Origin: a virus
Strand: one strand, 5' to 3'
Virus record (IMG/VR): IMGVR_UViG_3300043548_000722
Location: 32,001 to 96,000 of that record
Length of the DNA: 64,000 nt
Position 1 is the first letter of the stretch; each line of letters starts with the position of its first letter. The notes below the pieces were generated by a model. The model had not been told where the DNA came from and made no database searches. It worked only from the letters and a program-made list of their open reading frames with translations. The position numbers and the translations under genes were made by a program. Positions 18,252-29,400 of the stretch are shown one piece after another.

Positions 18252-18519
18252 GCTGATTGAGCTCTTGCGCGAAGAAGGTCATGGGAATATCAGCAGAGGA
18301 AATGGGATCCCAAGACTGATTGCTGCGCTCGAAGATGAGGAAGATCCGGAGCCCTGCCCGCTGGAGGGAAGACGCTCTACGATGGAGAAGCACATCCGGC
18401 GGAACTGGACCCGAATACGGACCCAGCTTCCGCGCTGCAACGGGAAGTGCACAGTATTCGGCTGTCCAGACGCTATTGTCATTGGCTGCTGGCTGAGATT
18501 CAAGGACGAAATAATATGA
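18226..18519 (+). CDS. Hypothetical Cys-containing protein
   Basis: GGAG RBS before ATG 18226; C-terminal CNGKC..FGC...C. Confidence 0.65.
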   Translation: MSDEFNKSELIELLREEGHGNISRGNGIPRLIAALEDEEDPEPCPLEGRRSTMEKHIRRNWTRIRTQLPRCNGKCTVFGCPDAIVIGCWLRFKDEII

Positions 18520-19424
18520 CTTGGGAACCGTGCGTTACCTGCGCTCGGGTCTCAAAGTGTGGAGACGTTGATCACAACCTCCTCCTCGAAGGGGGAGGTT
18601 GTTCTCTCCACGAGCCTGCACACGAAGGCATCGTACGCGCCCGCCTTCGCATCATGGACGAGTTTGGCGCACTCGCAATACCGACAAAGAAGAACCTAAA
18701 AGACGGAGTCATCACAATGGCTGGTACTGTTTCATCTACGGCCGCATCGAAGCGTAACCTCCGTGCCCTGGGCAAAGTCCTGGGGGTTGTTCCCAAGGGC
18801 GGCGCCAGCTTCAAGCTGTCGGCCGAAGAGATCTGCACGATGATCAAGGAGAGCGGCGACCCGCGCTTCATCAATCTTGAGAAGATGAGCGATGAGGAGG
18901 TCGCGGCCATCACGGAAGAACTCGGTGGTGAAGAGGGTGGTGAGGAGACTGCCGCCGCCGCTCCCGCACCGACGCCCGCTCCCGCTGCCCCGGCCGCGAA
19001 GAAGCCGACGGCACCGGCCCCTGCTGCGCGTGCTTCTGCTCGCTCCAAGCCGGAACCCGAGGCTGAGGCTGAGGAAGAGACCGAAGCTCCGGCGCCGCGT
19101 GCTCCGCAGCGTCCTGCTCCGGCTCCCGTTGCGCCGCTCCGTCCCGATGCGAAGCGTCCGGCGGCCCCTGTCCGGCCGGCGGCCCCTGCTGCCTCGGCAC
19201 CCACCAGCGGCCTGTCGGCCGACCTCAGCAAGCTTGAGGAGATGGTGATGGTCATCGGGAAGGCGGGCGATGCTCGTGATCTCGCGCTCAAGAACATCAT
19301 CACCACGCTCAACCAGCTGGCCGAGAAGGTGGAGGCGATCGACGCTCATCTCGCCTACCAGTACAACGCGAGCGTCGAGCCGGGAAACGAGATCAAGTCT
19401 CTGACCGAGGTAAGCTGGATCTGA
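18516..19424 (+). CDS. Hypothetical protein with Ala/Pro-rich disordered linker and C-terminal coiled coil
   Basis: ATGA-coupled start 18516; second in-frame ATG 18717 with GGAG RBS. Confidence 0.7.
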   Translation: MTWEPCVTCARVSKCGDVDHNLLLEGGGCSLHEPAHEGIVRARLRIMDEFGALAIPTKKNLKDGVITMAGTVSSTAASKRNLRALGKVLGVVPKGGASFKLSAEEICTMIKESGDPRFINLEKMSDEEVAAITEELGGEEGGEETAAAAPAPTPAPAAPAAKKPTAPAPAARASARSKPEPEAEAEEETEAPAPRAPQRPAPAPVAPLRPDAKRPAAPVRPAAPAASAPTSGLSADLSKLEEMVMVIGKAGDARDLALKNIITTLNQLAEKVEAIDAHLAYQYNASVEPGNEIKSLTEVSWI

Positions 19425-19453
19425 TTGAGATCCTGTCTGACCGGCTGGAGACG

Positions 19454-19564
19454 ATGGGTCTCGACGAGATCTTCGAGATCATCACCGCCGCAGGGTACGG
19501 AGTGCGGCGAAAAGGGCTGACCCACGAGCAAGTCAAACGGCTCTTGATCAGTCTGACCGCATAG
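19454..19564 (+). CDS. Possible small protein (36 aa or more)
   Basis: MGLDEIFEIITAAGYGVRRKGLTHEQVKRLLISLTA fills the gap before the terminator; start uncertain. Confidence 0.35.
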   Translation: MGLDEIFEIITAAGYGVRRKGLTHEQVKRLLISLTA

Positions 19565-19568
19565 GTCA

Positions 19569-19601
19569 AGGGGGACTCCTCACGGAGTCCCCCTCTTTTT
19601 T
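19569..19601 (+). terminator. Intrinsic terminator at convergence of replication and tail operons
   Basis: AGGGGGACTCC-TCAC-GGAGTCCCCCT followed by CTTTTTT. Confidence 0.85.
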
Positions 19602-22600
19602 AGCCCCAACCCTTGTCGCCTGCTCGATCCGTGAGCCAGCCGATACGCGCCCCACGAAACTTTACATTCGGCGGGTACATTGTAGAGATTGCTCGATGCG
19701 CCCAGTTTGTGTCTCCGTCAACGAAGGGACCTGGGTCAGATGTCCCAACTGCAATCGCCTTTCCAAACTTCCCGAACGAGAACGCGACTGCCTCCGCCAG
19801 GGTGCTGACCGTTGTGGTGGTAGGCTGATACTGCGGCTGCACTATTACCGGAAAGTCAAACGACGAATCCGGAGACACTGAAGTAAGGCCAACGGCATCC
19901 GACAAGTTGAAAGGAAGCACCTCTCCTGTGCCGAGCGCGTTTGGCGTTCTCCTGGGGCCGCCAATGAACCGGATGACAAGTGCGTATGCAAAATGCCTGC
20001 GGTCTACACGAAGCGCCGCGGCTGAGATCGCCTCGTCAGGTAGGTGCAGTCTCTTCTTAACGAAGTATTCCTTTCGCGCGAACACACTAAGAGGAGAGGA
20101 CCCGATGAAGGGGGCGGAGTATTCCCACGCTTCTTCGACCTCGTTGGTCGCGTCTGCATTGTCGCCAACTGCGGGCAAATCCACTTCGCCAGACCAGATA
20201 ATCTCCCCAAACCCGAACTCGGGCTCGTGTTCGTTCCATCTCGCAAAATCATCCTGATCGAACGCCGTATCCAGGGTATTGAACCTCCAGAGCTCTACGA
20301 GCACTCCGGCATTAGGCTCCCACTGTGAGACATCAGACACCTCCTCGAAGGTAGCGCCACTACCAATCTTCCAGAAGATCTCAGGAGCTCTCTTGTAGAT
20401 TCCCCAACAAGTACTTGAGCTCGGGCGCATGCTTAGAGAAATTGAAACCTCTGAGAGTACGGAGCCGTGAGGGGCATCGACCGGCATCGTAAAGCCGACA
20501 AACCCAGGGGGAATGAACGAGTCCCTAGGAATATCTACATCATTAACGCTCCAGGACGAGTTCACTGTCAGGTGTCCGTGGAGCGCGTACCAAAGAGGAT
20601 CAAACGCTGCCGTATACAACGTGATTGTGGCAGAGTTGACCCCGATATCGAACAGCCTGTACATGTCTACTGATGGCCTGATCCATCGATCCTCGGGGAT
20701 AGAGTTGATCAGGCTTTCAATGAGATCCCCCTGTCCAGCTGACAGGGTCTCCCGTATAGAGGCACATTCACCTCGGAGGGCATACGCCGCGTTGACTAGA
20801 GCAACATAGAATTCTTCATTTCTACTTACGACCCTGGGCTCAGTGTCTTCGTACTGCCTAATAGCTGCCGAAGCCAGTTTTTCGCAGGTAGCAAGAAACT
20901 CCATAAAGGCCTCCGATACCGCGGTATCCAACGGATCTGCGGTATGGGCGCTGTCCAAAACAACCCAGGCGGCGTCTGCGTCCTCGTATGCCGTACCCCA
21001 GGAAAACTTCAGGATTTCCGAGGAAGCATCTGGCATCGGCTCTAACATCAATGTACGTAGATTATTTCCATATGTCCATGCATTTGCCGGGCTCGGTTGT
21101 CCGGAGGTATCAGACAAAATCTGTTGCGTTGTCTTAACTCCTAAGATTGTTTGAGAGTTCACAGTACGTAGCAGACCAGGACCTCCCCGCAGCTCTTGCA
21201 TACCCATCGAGTACGTTGAAGTTGGAGGGGTGAACGATGTGGAAGTGCTCAAGTCGTAGTCACGCTGCCAGCCCATGTTCACGCCGTAATCCTGCCCACC
21301 AAGCAACTTGGTATCGGCAGGACCAAGCGTCTGGTAGCCCTTTACGGCATTGGCAAACCGGAACCCATGCGCGGCAACGTGGCCCGAAGTAAGTACCGGA
21401 CCGCTAACCTTCAGTGGGTCCGTGTCGTGCTGGACGGAGATCTCCTGGAACGCCATGTACGTCGAGGTAGTCGGATCAGCCGGGACCGTAATCTGGAGAA
21501 ATAACTCCTCGTCAAGCCTGCTCTCCTGAAGCGCGCTTGAGGCACGATCCACAACCCCATTGACCGCGAGCGTGGCTTCGTAGGATCGAATCTCCACCGC
21601 GCCAGAAGACACAAAGCTCACTACGGATACCGAGTCCGAGGCGACTGTCGTTCCTGACGCGGTCACCATGGCGAGTCCGACAGTCACAGGAGCCGCAGTG
21701 CCTCCCGATGCCGCACGCAGACGAATCTTGAGACGAAGGTGGTCCTTCCAGATGTATCGACGCCCGCGCTGGCGAAGGACTGTTGCCGTAGCTGCTCTAG
21801 TCACGATTAGTGTGCCGCCGTGTGTGGGCTGGTAGCTGAGGGCTCCGCCCAGACCCACCTTGCGGATGTCGGTCAACGCAAAGTCGGAGGCCGTGGTATC
21901 CACAGTCTCGTCGGCATAAAATGGAGGGCGAGGCTCATTTGAGTACGTCGCCCACGGAGTCGTGTGGTGAGGCGACTCGGCGCTTCCGGACCATGCGGAC
22001 GACTCAAAAAGAAGCGGTGCTGAGATAGGGTCGTAGTCTTCGGCAGCCCCAATCCCTGCACCATCTGTGGTCAGCGCCCATTGTACGAATGAGAGCGTCT
22101 TTGAGTTTCCGGAGCGGTCAACCGTGCTGTCCGCGCGTTCATCCAGAGAGTTTGAGTCAGAGGACAGCAGTGGAAGCTGGTCAAGAGTCTTGAGCGCCTG
22201 ATAGGTGCCGACCTGCATCCAGTCCGCAATGTCTATGTAGGAGCGGTGCCATCGCAGGCCGTGCAGCCGGAAGTCAGCTCCGGCCGCAGGCGTGATCGCA
22301 ACATCTCCGCCCAGTGCAAAGAAGATATCGGTTCCGTCGCTCTCCACTGCCAAAATCGCATATCTTTCGCCAGTGGAAATAACCTCAACGATGCAGCCAA
22401 CCCACGAGGACGCCGGCCCCGGCAGGGCTCCGACTCCGAGAGACGAGACCGCGAGCACTCCTGCATGGGCAAGATTGAAGCGAGTGTAGTCGGAGGCAGT
22501 GAAGTCTCCTATCGGGTCGCTGTCCGTCTCATTGGCAGGGCGGATAATCCCCGGCCTTCCCAAAGTAGTCGGAGCTGCCCAGTAGGAAGAGCTCGAGGGG

Positions 22601-25600
22601 TCCCAGTGATACCCGATGTGCAGATCCGAGTTTGACCCCCACATTGGGTAGATCATTCGGCCCGCAGCAATGACATCCTCTGAATACACCCCTCCCAGAG
22701 CGTGCCCAAAGTCACTGTCGGGAGGATTGCCGTGTACCCAAATCGAACCGACGGTTTCGATGGCTGAGCCCAAGCCCGTGATTGCGGGCTCCGTCCCATC
22801 CGACTTGCGAATGAAGACGGCCGCAGCCGAGGGCGTGTGTGACCCGCCCGCAGTGTCTTCACCTTTTGCGACCACCAACGCAGGGTCTGTGCCGCGCTGA
22901 ATGACTCCAGCAGCAAACGACCTACGAACCCCGGTCGTGTAGTCGGCCCCATCAGTGTCCGGAAGTCTGAAGGCCGAGCTGTTGCCGAACCCCGATGCCT
23001 CTACAAAGAGGCCAACGGCGGTAGAGTCGACTGTCTCGGAAGAAGCGACGGCGACATGGATGCCGTCCGCAGGTGAGAACGCGTTTACGTCCACGGCGTA
23101 GCCACGGCTGACATCGTCGGCCCCGCCGTCCAAGGCAGAAAACTCCGAGTCATTGGCCGTGACAAGGATGCCTGCGCCGGTGCCTGCCCACCCCACGCGA
23201 ATGCCGATGACGGTGTCGTTTGCGCTTGCAGCCGCCGGATCCTGCTCCTGGAACACGCTCAGGGCTGCGCGGCCTGCCGCCGCGCCTCCGAACATGGGCA
23301 CTCCGACGCCCATGCGCAGATTCAGAAGCATGAACTGATGTGAGCCGGTGAAGGTCGGAGACGTACCGTCGAGATTGCGAATCGTAAGCTGGTTCGGACG
23401 GGTTTCGTAGGCTTCGTAAAGACCCGCGTACAGACCCGTGAGCACACGCACGTAGGTCTTTGCGCCGTGCGAGTTGGCCGACCGGGCTGACGTGGAGTGG
23501 TGCGTGATTGGGTACAGAGTTCGCAGATTGTCTGGATTTACGGAGACTGATGCCGAGTTCACGACTGACGTGATCACGCCACCTGACGCAAACGACCCGG
23601 TCAGGATGTCAAGATTCGAAACCGTGGTCCCATCAAGGAGCGCGGATTTCGTCACATGCTCGAAATGAGCAAAGGCCAGGTCGCTACCGACGCTGCTGCC
23701 ATTGACCTTCGTATGATGGAAACCTCCTGCCCTTACGCTCTCGGTGACGCTGCTAATTGCTGCGCGATAGTCCGTGACCAGGTCGTCAAAGATCTCCCAT
23801 GACGACACGTTGTCCGCACCGCCGCCAAGCGGCAGCACGGTGCCAATCTGATGCAGCGGAGGGACAATCTGCACAGTCCGCCCATCAATCCAGCGCGTGA
23901 TGCGCCAATCGGCGTAGTTCGTGCCGCTGATGACGAAGTTGATCGCGCGACCAACGTCCTCAAGGGTGAATGCGTCGTAGGTGCCGGAGGCATCGTATCC
24001 AGAGGCACGGAGGAGGTTCCCCTCCAGAACTTCCGCTGCGTCCACGGATGTGCGATTGGAGGCGGCCGTCGTTGCGGCGGGCGTTGCGAAAAGAGTGACT
24101 GGGCGATCAGTAACTTCTGCAAAGAAGCCGCCACCCTTGTCCTGGCCCTGTCCCTGGTAGACACCGCCGAAGTTGAGATTGCGGTGCAGGTTTCGTAGGA
24201 CCCAGCCATCGACCTCTTCTGACGAGTTGATGGCCGGGACCAGCAAGAAGTCTCGAGGCACGCGACCAAATGCGTTCTGCATGCCGAGGATGATGCGGAT
24301 ACCGCCTGCGGGAACACGCGGGATGTGCGGCTCGAACCACAGGTACAGCGAGGTTTCGAACAGTCCATTCGAGTGGACAGTGAGCGTCTCTCCCGACTGG
24401 GCGTTGAGAAGATGCAGAGACTCATCTGTTTCGTGCCGAACGACGATCTCTGTCTCCGAAACGACAGTGTCTACAACGTATCTCCCCGCGTTCGAGATTG
24501 GGGTTACAACGACCGGACCCGTTAGCTCAACGATGTCCCCTTCACGCACTCCGTTCGTGACAAACGTCGCGCCGGAGCAAATGATCGTAGCGCCATCGAT
24601 AATCTCTGTGACGCCCACAGAGCTTTGCTTCAGAGACTCTCCGCCCAAAGCATTACGGTAGAACGGGTAGTCATCTGTGCTGAGCGGTAGGTTGGCCGAC
24701 CCGTCTTCGTTGAAGGTACTCGCGCCTCCAACAATCCCGCCAGAGGGCAGGTAAGCAACGGTGCCGATGCCCACTACCTTGTCAAGAGATAGCAACTCGT
24801 TCCACTCGGAGTCGAGGACCGCAAAGTACTGAGAGATCTGCTGAAGCGAGGCGTCGGCAGGAAGATCAACGAAAATTGCGGTCTCGAGCACTGCATCGAG
24901 ATCATCGAGGTATCCGGTGGCCAGGTCGATTGAGGTCACCGCCCCCGTGAGCGCGTCATACTTCAGACGAGGGCTGTCCTCTGGGATCTCCAGCACGACA
25001 GGTACGGCCACTTCGCGGACAAGCTGGACCTGGTGGCTGTCGAGGTTCTTGGCTAGGCTGTGCAGAGCGCGATTGACGCTCTCGCTCGTCCGGTCCTCTC
25101 CACGCGCGACGAAGCTAGACCGCGGACGGTTGCCCTGCGTCAGAGCTCGCGGACTGGAAGATGCAAGGTCCCCCGCAGTCACCCGTGCAGACGGATGCGG
25201 GTTTACGTGTAGGCCAACCAGCGGAGCAAGGTCTGTGAAGCCCGCGGCAGTCGGAAGAACCTCGATAAAGGCATTGGTCCCTTCCGCAGCAACGTAGCCG
25301 GTGTTCTTGGCAACAACCTTGAGCACACCTTCGTAGGCATAGGCAGTCAGCGGGGCCGGAATGGATACCGCAGCGGCTGCGGTGTTGATCCCATCTACGA
25401 TCTGCGCCAGGGTTAGCGCAGAGACAGAGGAGAACGAAACGACCAGGCTCGCCAAGGATTCTGTCGCAAAAGTGATCGCAAAGCTGCCCGGGCTACTCGC
25501 TGCCAAGATGGCATCGATGTCGTCGAAGCCTCCGGTGGCATTGATGGGCTTGGCGCCAAAGATAACGGGCTGCGCGAGGACAGCTTTGTCCGTCTTGCTT

Positions 25601-25629
25601 GCAAGAAAGGGACGGCGTACAAAACTCAT
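19600..25629 (-). CDS. Large tail fibre/receptor-binding-like structural protein (2009 aa)
   Basis: Last gene of the tail operon; beta-rich Ser/Thr/Gly/Ala composition; follows a tail-collar-like gene. Confidence 0.65.
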   Translation of the reverse strand: MSFVRRPFLASKTDKAVLAQPVIFGAKPINATGGFDDIDAILAASSPGSFAITFATESLASLVVSFSSVSALTLAQIVDGINTAAAAVSIPAPLTAYAYEGVLKVVAKNTGYVAAEGTNAFIEVLPTAAGFTDLAPLVGLHVNPHPSARVTAGDLASSSPRALTQGNRPRSSFVARGEDRTSESVNRALHSLAKNLDSHQVQLVREVAVPVVLEIPEDSPRLKYDALTGAVTSIDLATGYLDDLDAVLETAIFVDLPADASLQQISQYFAVLDSEWNELLSLDKVVGIGTVAYLPSGGIVGGASTFNEDGSANLPLSTDDYPFYRNALGGESLKQSSVGVTEIIDGATIICSGATFVTNGVREGDIVELTGPVVVTPISNAGRYVVDTVVSETEIVVRHETDESLHLLNAQSGETLTVHSNGLFETSLYLWFEPHIPRVPAGGIRIILGMQNAFGRVPRDFLLVPAINSSEEVDGWVLRNLHRNLNFGGVYQGQGQDKGGGFFAEVTDRPVTLFATPAATTAASNRTSVDAAEVLEGNLLRASGYDASGTYDAFTLEDVGRAINFVISGTNYADWRITRWIDGRTVQIVPPLHQIGTVLPLGGGADNVSSWEIFDDLVTDYRAAISSVTESVRAGGFHHTKVNGSSVGSDLAFAHFEHVTKSALLDGTTVSNLDILTGSFASGGVITSVVNSASVSVNPDNLRTLYPITHHSTSARSANSHGAKTYVRVLTGLYAGLYEAYETRPNQLTIRNLDGTSPTFTGSHQFMLLNLRMGVGVPMFGGAAAGRAALSVFQEQDPAAASANDTVIGIRVGWAGTGAGILVTANDSEFSALDGGADDVSRGYAVDVNAFSPADGIHVAVASSETVDSTAVGLFVEASGFGNSSAFRLPDTDGADYTTGVRRSFAAGVIQRGTDPALVVAKGEDTAGGSHTPSAAAVFIRKSDGTEPAITGLGSAIETVGSIWVHGNPPDSDFGHALGGVYSEDVIAAGRMIYPMWGSNSDLHIGYHWDPSSSSYWAAPTTLGRPGIIRPANETDSDPIGDFTASDYTRFNLAHAGVLAVSSLGVGALPGPASSWVGCIVEVISTGERYAILAVESDGTDIFFALGGDVAITPAAGADFRLHGLRWHRSYIDIADWMQVGTYQALKTLDQLPLLSSDSNSLDERADSTVDRSGNSKTLSFVQWALTTDGAGIGAAEDYDPISAPLLFESSAWSGSAESPHHTTPWATYSNEPRPPFYADETVDTTASDFALTDIRKVGLGGALSYQPTHGGTLIVTRAATATVLRQRGRRYIWKDHLRLKIRLRAASGGTAAPVTVGLAMVTASGTTVASDSVSVVSFVSSGAVEIRSYEATLAVNGVVDRASSALQESRLDEELFLQITVPADPTTSTYMAFQEISVQHDTDPLKVSGPVLTSGHVAAHGFRFANAVKGYQTLGPADTKLLGGQDYGVNMGWQRDYDLSTSTSFTPPTSTYSMGMQELRGGPGLLRTVNSQTILGVKTTQQILSDTSGQPSPANAWTYGNNLRTLMLEPMPDASSEILKFSWGTAYEDADAAWVVLDSAHTADPLDTAVSEAFMEFLATCEKLASAAIRQYEDTEPRVVSRNEEFYVALVNAAYALRGECASIRETLSAGQGDLIESLINSIPEDRWIRPSVDMYRLFDIGVNSATITLYTAAFDPLWYALHGHLTVNSSWSVNDVDIPRDSFIPPGFVGFTMPVDAPHGSVLSEVSISLSMRPSSSTCWGIYKRAPEIFWKIGSGATFEEVSDVSQWEPNAGVLVELWRFNTLDTAFDQDDFARWNEHEPEFGFGEIIWSGEVDLPAVGDNADATNEVEEAWEYSAPFIGSSPLSVFARKEYFVKKRLHLPDEAISAAALRVDRRHFAYALVIRFIGGPRRTPNALGTGEVLPFNLSDAVGLTSVSPDSSFDFPVIVQPQYQPTTTTVSTLAEAVAFSFGKFGKAIAVGTSDPGPFVDGDTNWAHRAISTMYPPNVKFRGARIGWLTDRAGDKGWG

Positions 25630-26243
25630 AGGAAGCGGACCTCCCAGATCACGCGCAGAGTAAACGAAGTGGTCTTGGTTACGGGCTCAAATGTCTTGTA
25701 GGCCATTGGTGCCCGATCCGCGACGGCCATACCAGTCGGAGTCGCAGTGCGACTCCAGTTGTTGTCCGGATCTCCGTCCGTGAACAGCCCGGCCTCCGTG
25801 AGAATCACGTTGTCCGGCAGGCTGATCTCTGTCTGCCCATATTCCCGGATGAACCGCACCGCCGTCCTGGAGGACGTGGAGGACAACACGGGGAAGGTAG
25901 CAGGGACTCTGACTCTCGCCAGGAACTCTCCTGGAACGTACGGGACGCCGCTGACAAGCTGCGAGATGTTTGCGACCTCGGGCTGGGATCCTACGCCGAG
26001 GCCGATGAACGCAATGCGGTCATTCCGAAAAAATTCGTCGCCTGAAAAGTTCTTAAGAGAGATTAGTTCGGCCAAGTACTCACGGCCCGTGAGCGTCCAG
26101 ATGTTCGAGCCTTCGACATGCTGACGGCACTTGCCGTTTTCGAAGCTGTCGATCGTGACGAACCCTTCGATGGCCGGAGCTGAGGCATGGTCCTTGACCA
26201 CTTTACGGCCAAAGAACGGCAGTAGGCGCGCGATGTTCAGCAT
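25626..26243 (-). CDS. Tail fibre attachment/collar protein (P2 gpH N-terminal-like)
   Basis: TLTGREYLAELI...IAFIGLGVG...LTEAGLF...YKTFEPVTKT...WEVRF pattern. Confidence 0.65.
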   Translation of the reverse strand: MLNIARLLPFFGRKVVKDHASAPAIEGFVTIDSFENGKCRQHVEGSNIWTLTGREYLAELISLKNFSGDEFFRNDRIAFIGLGVGSQPEVANISQLVSGVPYVPGEFLARVRVPATFPVLSSTSSRTAVRFIREYGQTEISLPDNVILTEAGLFTDGDPDNNWSRTATPTGMAVADRAPMAYKTFEPVTKTTSFTLRVIWEVRFL

Positions 26244-26425
26244 ACTTCGAGTCTCCGGATGATCTCTTTGGCCTCGTCCACAGTAACACCGAAGTTGAAC
26301 GCAATCACTTCGGGGTTGAGAGGTTTGCCGTCCGCAGACTGAATACCTCCTCTACGCGCTCCCTTGGCGCCGCCCTCAATCTTAAGGGAGTCAACGACTC
26401 TTGGCTGTTCTTTGTTCCTGATCAT
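26237..26425 (-). CDS. Hypothetical protein
   Basis: 62 aa, overlapping both neighbours in the operon. Confidence 0.6.
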   Translation of the reverse strand: MIRNKEQPRVVDSLKIEGGAKGARRGGIQSADGKPLNPEVIAFNFGVTVDEAKEIIRRLEVC

Positions 26426-29400
26426 CGCTTACCCTGCGAAGGCGTTTCTTTACGGAAGATACGACCGATGACAGACGCGGGTTCTGGAGTCATTTCTGCG
26501 ATCGTGAACTGGGTAGCAGAGTTTACTTCGATGATTGGGAACAGAAAGTGATCTGTCCCGTAATCAAACTCAAAAAAGTCTCCTGGACGAACCCCAAGCT
26601 CTTCAATATCGTGGCTTGCATCCGAGATAGTAACGACCGCGGTCCCGTCAATGTCAAAGCCTACTGCGGGAGTATACGTCGAAACAATCGCGGCTTCGTC
26701 TGCGGGGAAGATACCGTCGATTGTGATGGTCCCTCCGTCGACCTCCGCAATGGTGTAGACGCCGTGCGAAAGGCTGCCAGCACTAGGAGCGACCACAAGC
26801 AGGTCTCCTGCTGAGGCGGCAAAGGACCCCGTGAGGGTGCTTCCTGAAAGAGTGACCGGACCGGCAGCGTCGACCACCGTCAGGGGACGATAGATATCGA
26901 TCTCTATGTCGTCATAGCCCATGAGCCGCTCAAGACGTGGATCTGTGTCTCCGTCGAATTCTTCGTATACCTGTTTGCGAATTTCTACATTTTCTATGAG
27001 ACGCTCGACAGGTCGGCTCAAGAAAACCTGATCTCCGTAGATCGCTACAATTTTATAGGCAGCCCCGGTGTCCGTATCATAGAGAGTGTCTTCGCGCTCG
27101 ACATTCTTTAGATCGATATCGGCAATCTCAATTACAGAGACTCCGAGTGTCGCGGTACTCGCGCTTCCGGAGTAAACCGGGTTCTTCGTCAGTGACCACC
27201 GTTCAATACGGTACTCGGCGCTCTCATCGGGGTCCGGAAGAGGAGTCGCGAGAGTAAGTGCCGTTTCCTGATCTGCAAAGAGATCTGGGGTTCCCGTGTT
27301 GGAGGTCGCGTAGAGAGCCCAGTCAAATACTCCGAGATCTTGGATTACATAGACGCCGCGGTTTGGCCCACTCAGAATGATGACGCGGTCATCCGCGGTC
27401 ACACCCGAGGACCGGAACGCAGCATTGTCGTCTCGCAGGACGTGGTGCTCAAAGAACTCCGCGTCATCTCCAAAGGTACTGTCTACCGCAAATGAAGTCC
27501 CTTCATAGATGATGTGAGAGTCATCGCGAAGAACTTGGAACTGGGCAGCAGAATCCGCCGCAAGAGAGGAGATCGGTTTGGTGTACGGAGTGCTGTCTGC
27601 GTCCTCATCAATGCGGAGTTCCGTGTCGCTAACGACCTCCGCAACAATGTACATTCCACGATTGGGGCCGGAGATGATGACCAGCCGATCTCCAGCTTGA
27701 ATGAGATTGCGCCCGAATACCGTGACTTCGCCCGGAAAGGCGGAGTTGATCCTGGGGAGCGAGGTAACATCCCCGCTGAACCCGCCTCTTGCGGAGGTCA
27801 CGGTATCCGAGCCTGCTTCGAACTCGAGGTCGTCTCCCTGAAACAGTGTGCGCGTACTGCGGCTTCCGAAATCGAAACGACGAAGGGCTTGTCCACTGCC
27901 GTTGAGGTCATCAAAGGCCCGTGTGGACTCCGTGCTAAACGCAGGGTCATCCATCAGGTGGAGATCCATCCCAAGGGTGGGGCGTGCGTCTACCGTCACG
28001 GAGTCAAGCAGCGACAAGACTGCAACGATCTGGGGCTTCGTGTAGATCGGCCGGATTCGGTTCAGGAACTCTGTGGCCAATGGAATGTCGCGCGAGTCTA
28101 CTGCGCGCACATCAATCTCAGCCTGCCAAGTATGATACTTGCGCAGCTCGACTTCTCCGGGAACGGCAGAGTACTCTCGCCACCAAGTCGGGGACACGAC
28201 GTTGTCTGTCAAGATCACTGCGTTGGTGAGCGGAGTGAAGGGCGGAAGGAAGTCACCGACCGCAAAAACGCTACCCGTAAGGGGATTGATCCCTAGACCC
28301 TTAAACTTTTCTATGCTGTAGAGATCTGAGCGAGGATAGCGGAAAACGCTGAAAATTCCCGTACCTAGCCCCTCAGCATCAAGCTCCTCAGTGATTACAC
28401 GACCGTAGAGGTCCGTGTATTCTGGATCAATCTGAACAATCTCACTTGGCTTCTCTGTGACGGGCAGATCCAACAGGATGTGCGCGCCAATTTCGGCTGA
28501 GCGAAGTGTTGGACCAGAGGCCCACGCGTACATCAGTCCGGCAACTGCCGCACGATACGAAATCTGAGTCGTTCCATATGCGTCAAGATCTGCTTTAGTA
28601 ATGTTGACGAGAACGCCAAAGTTATCTTCGATGTATTTGAAATTATCAATCAGCGTGAGTGGGGCCCAAAGGGTTTCTGGTGCAGGGCTACTGGGTGTGA
28701 ACCGGGACGAAAATTCGATGAACCGTCCCTGCCCACGGCGACGAATCACATACTCGATGGACTGTTGATCGGCGACTGGGAAGAGCCCGTCCGCAACACG
28801 CGGGCTGACTCTTAACTCACGTTCTGAAGTCACGGAGGTGATTGCGTAGGTCCCCTGGCTAAGCCCCGTCAAGATTTCCAGTTCGTCCCCGGGACGAATT
28901 CCATGAAACACCAGAGAGTAGTCAGCGATACCGACGACGGGCGACCGCGCTCGCGTCGTCAACGCAGTGCCCCGATGCTCCGTGCCCGTGATGCTAAAGT
29001 CATTGTTTTCGGACAACTTGATCGGAAGCCGTGACAGCGAGCTAGTAGTGTCATCCTCGTGGATAAGGATGGTGCTCGATCCCTGAGATTCCACGCGCTC
29101 TGGTGAGATGTACTCAAACAATGCTGGAATCGAGTAAACCGGCTCTTCTGCCTCACCACTCGGATCAAGCGGAATCCTCGTATTTCGAATAACTCGTGTT
29201 GGACTAATCTGGATGTCAAAGAAACCCGTCAAGGAAATATTAGTGGTCGGGTCCAGTGGGAGGTTCTGGTACGAATTGCGAAACTCCCTGCTGTGAAAAA
29301 TCTCGTAGATGTCCAGCGCGGACTCAGTGTAGAGCGCCTCCCCACTTTCCGACAGCGTCACGGTCGGAATTGCCAGCTCTCGCGACATCCTCTCCAGATC

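Noticed and set aside
18950-19210. GC-rich quasi-repeats
   Set aside because: Explained by an Ala/Pro-rich coding linker, not a DNA-level array.
19600-25629. Diversity-generating retroelement or invertible tail fibre cassette
   Set aside because: No reverse transcriptase, invertase or template/variable repeat pair noticed.
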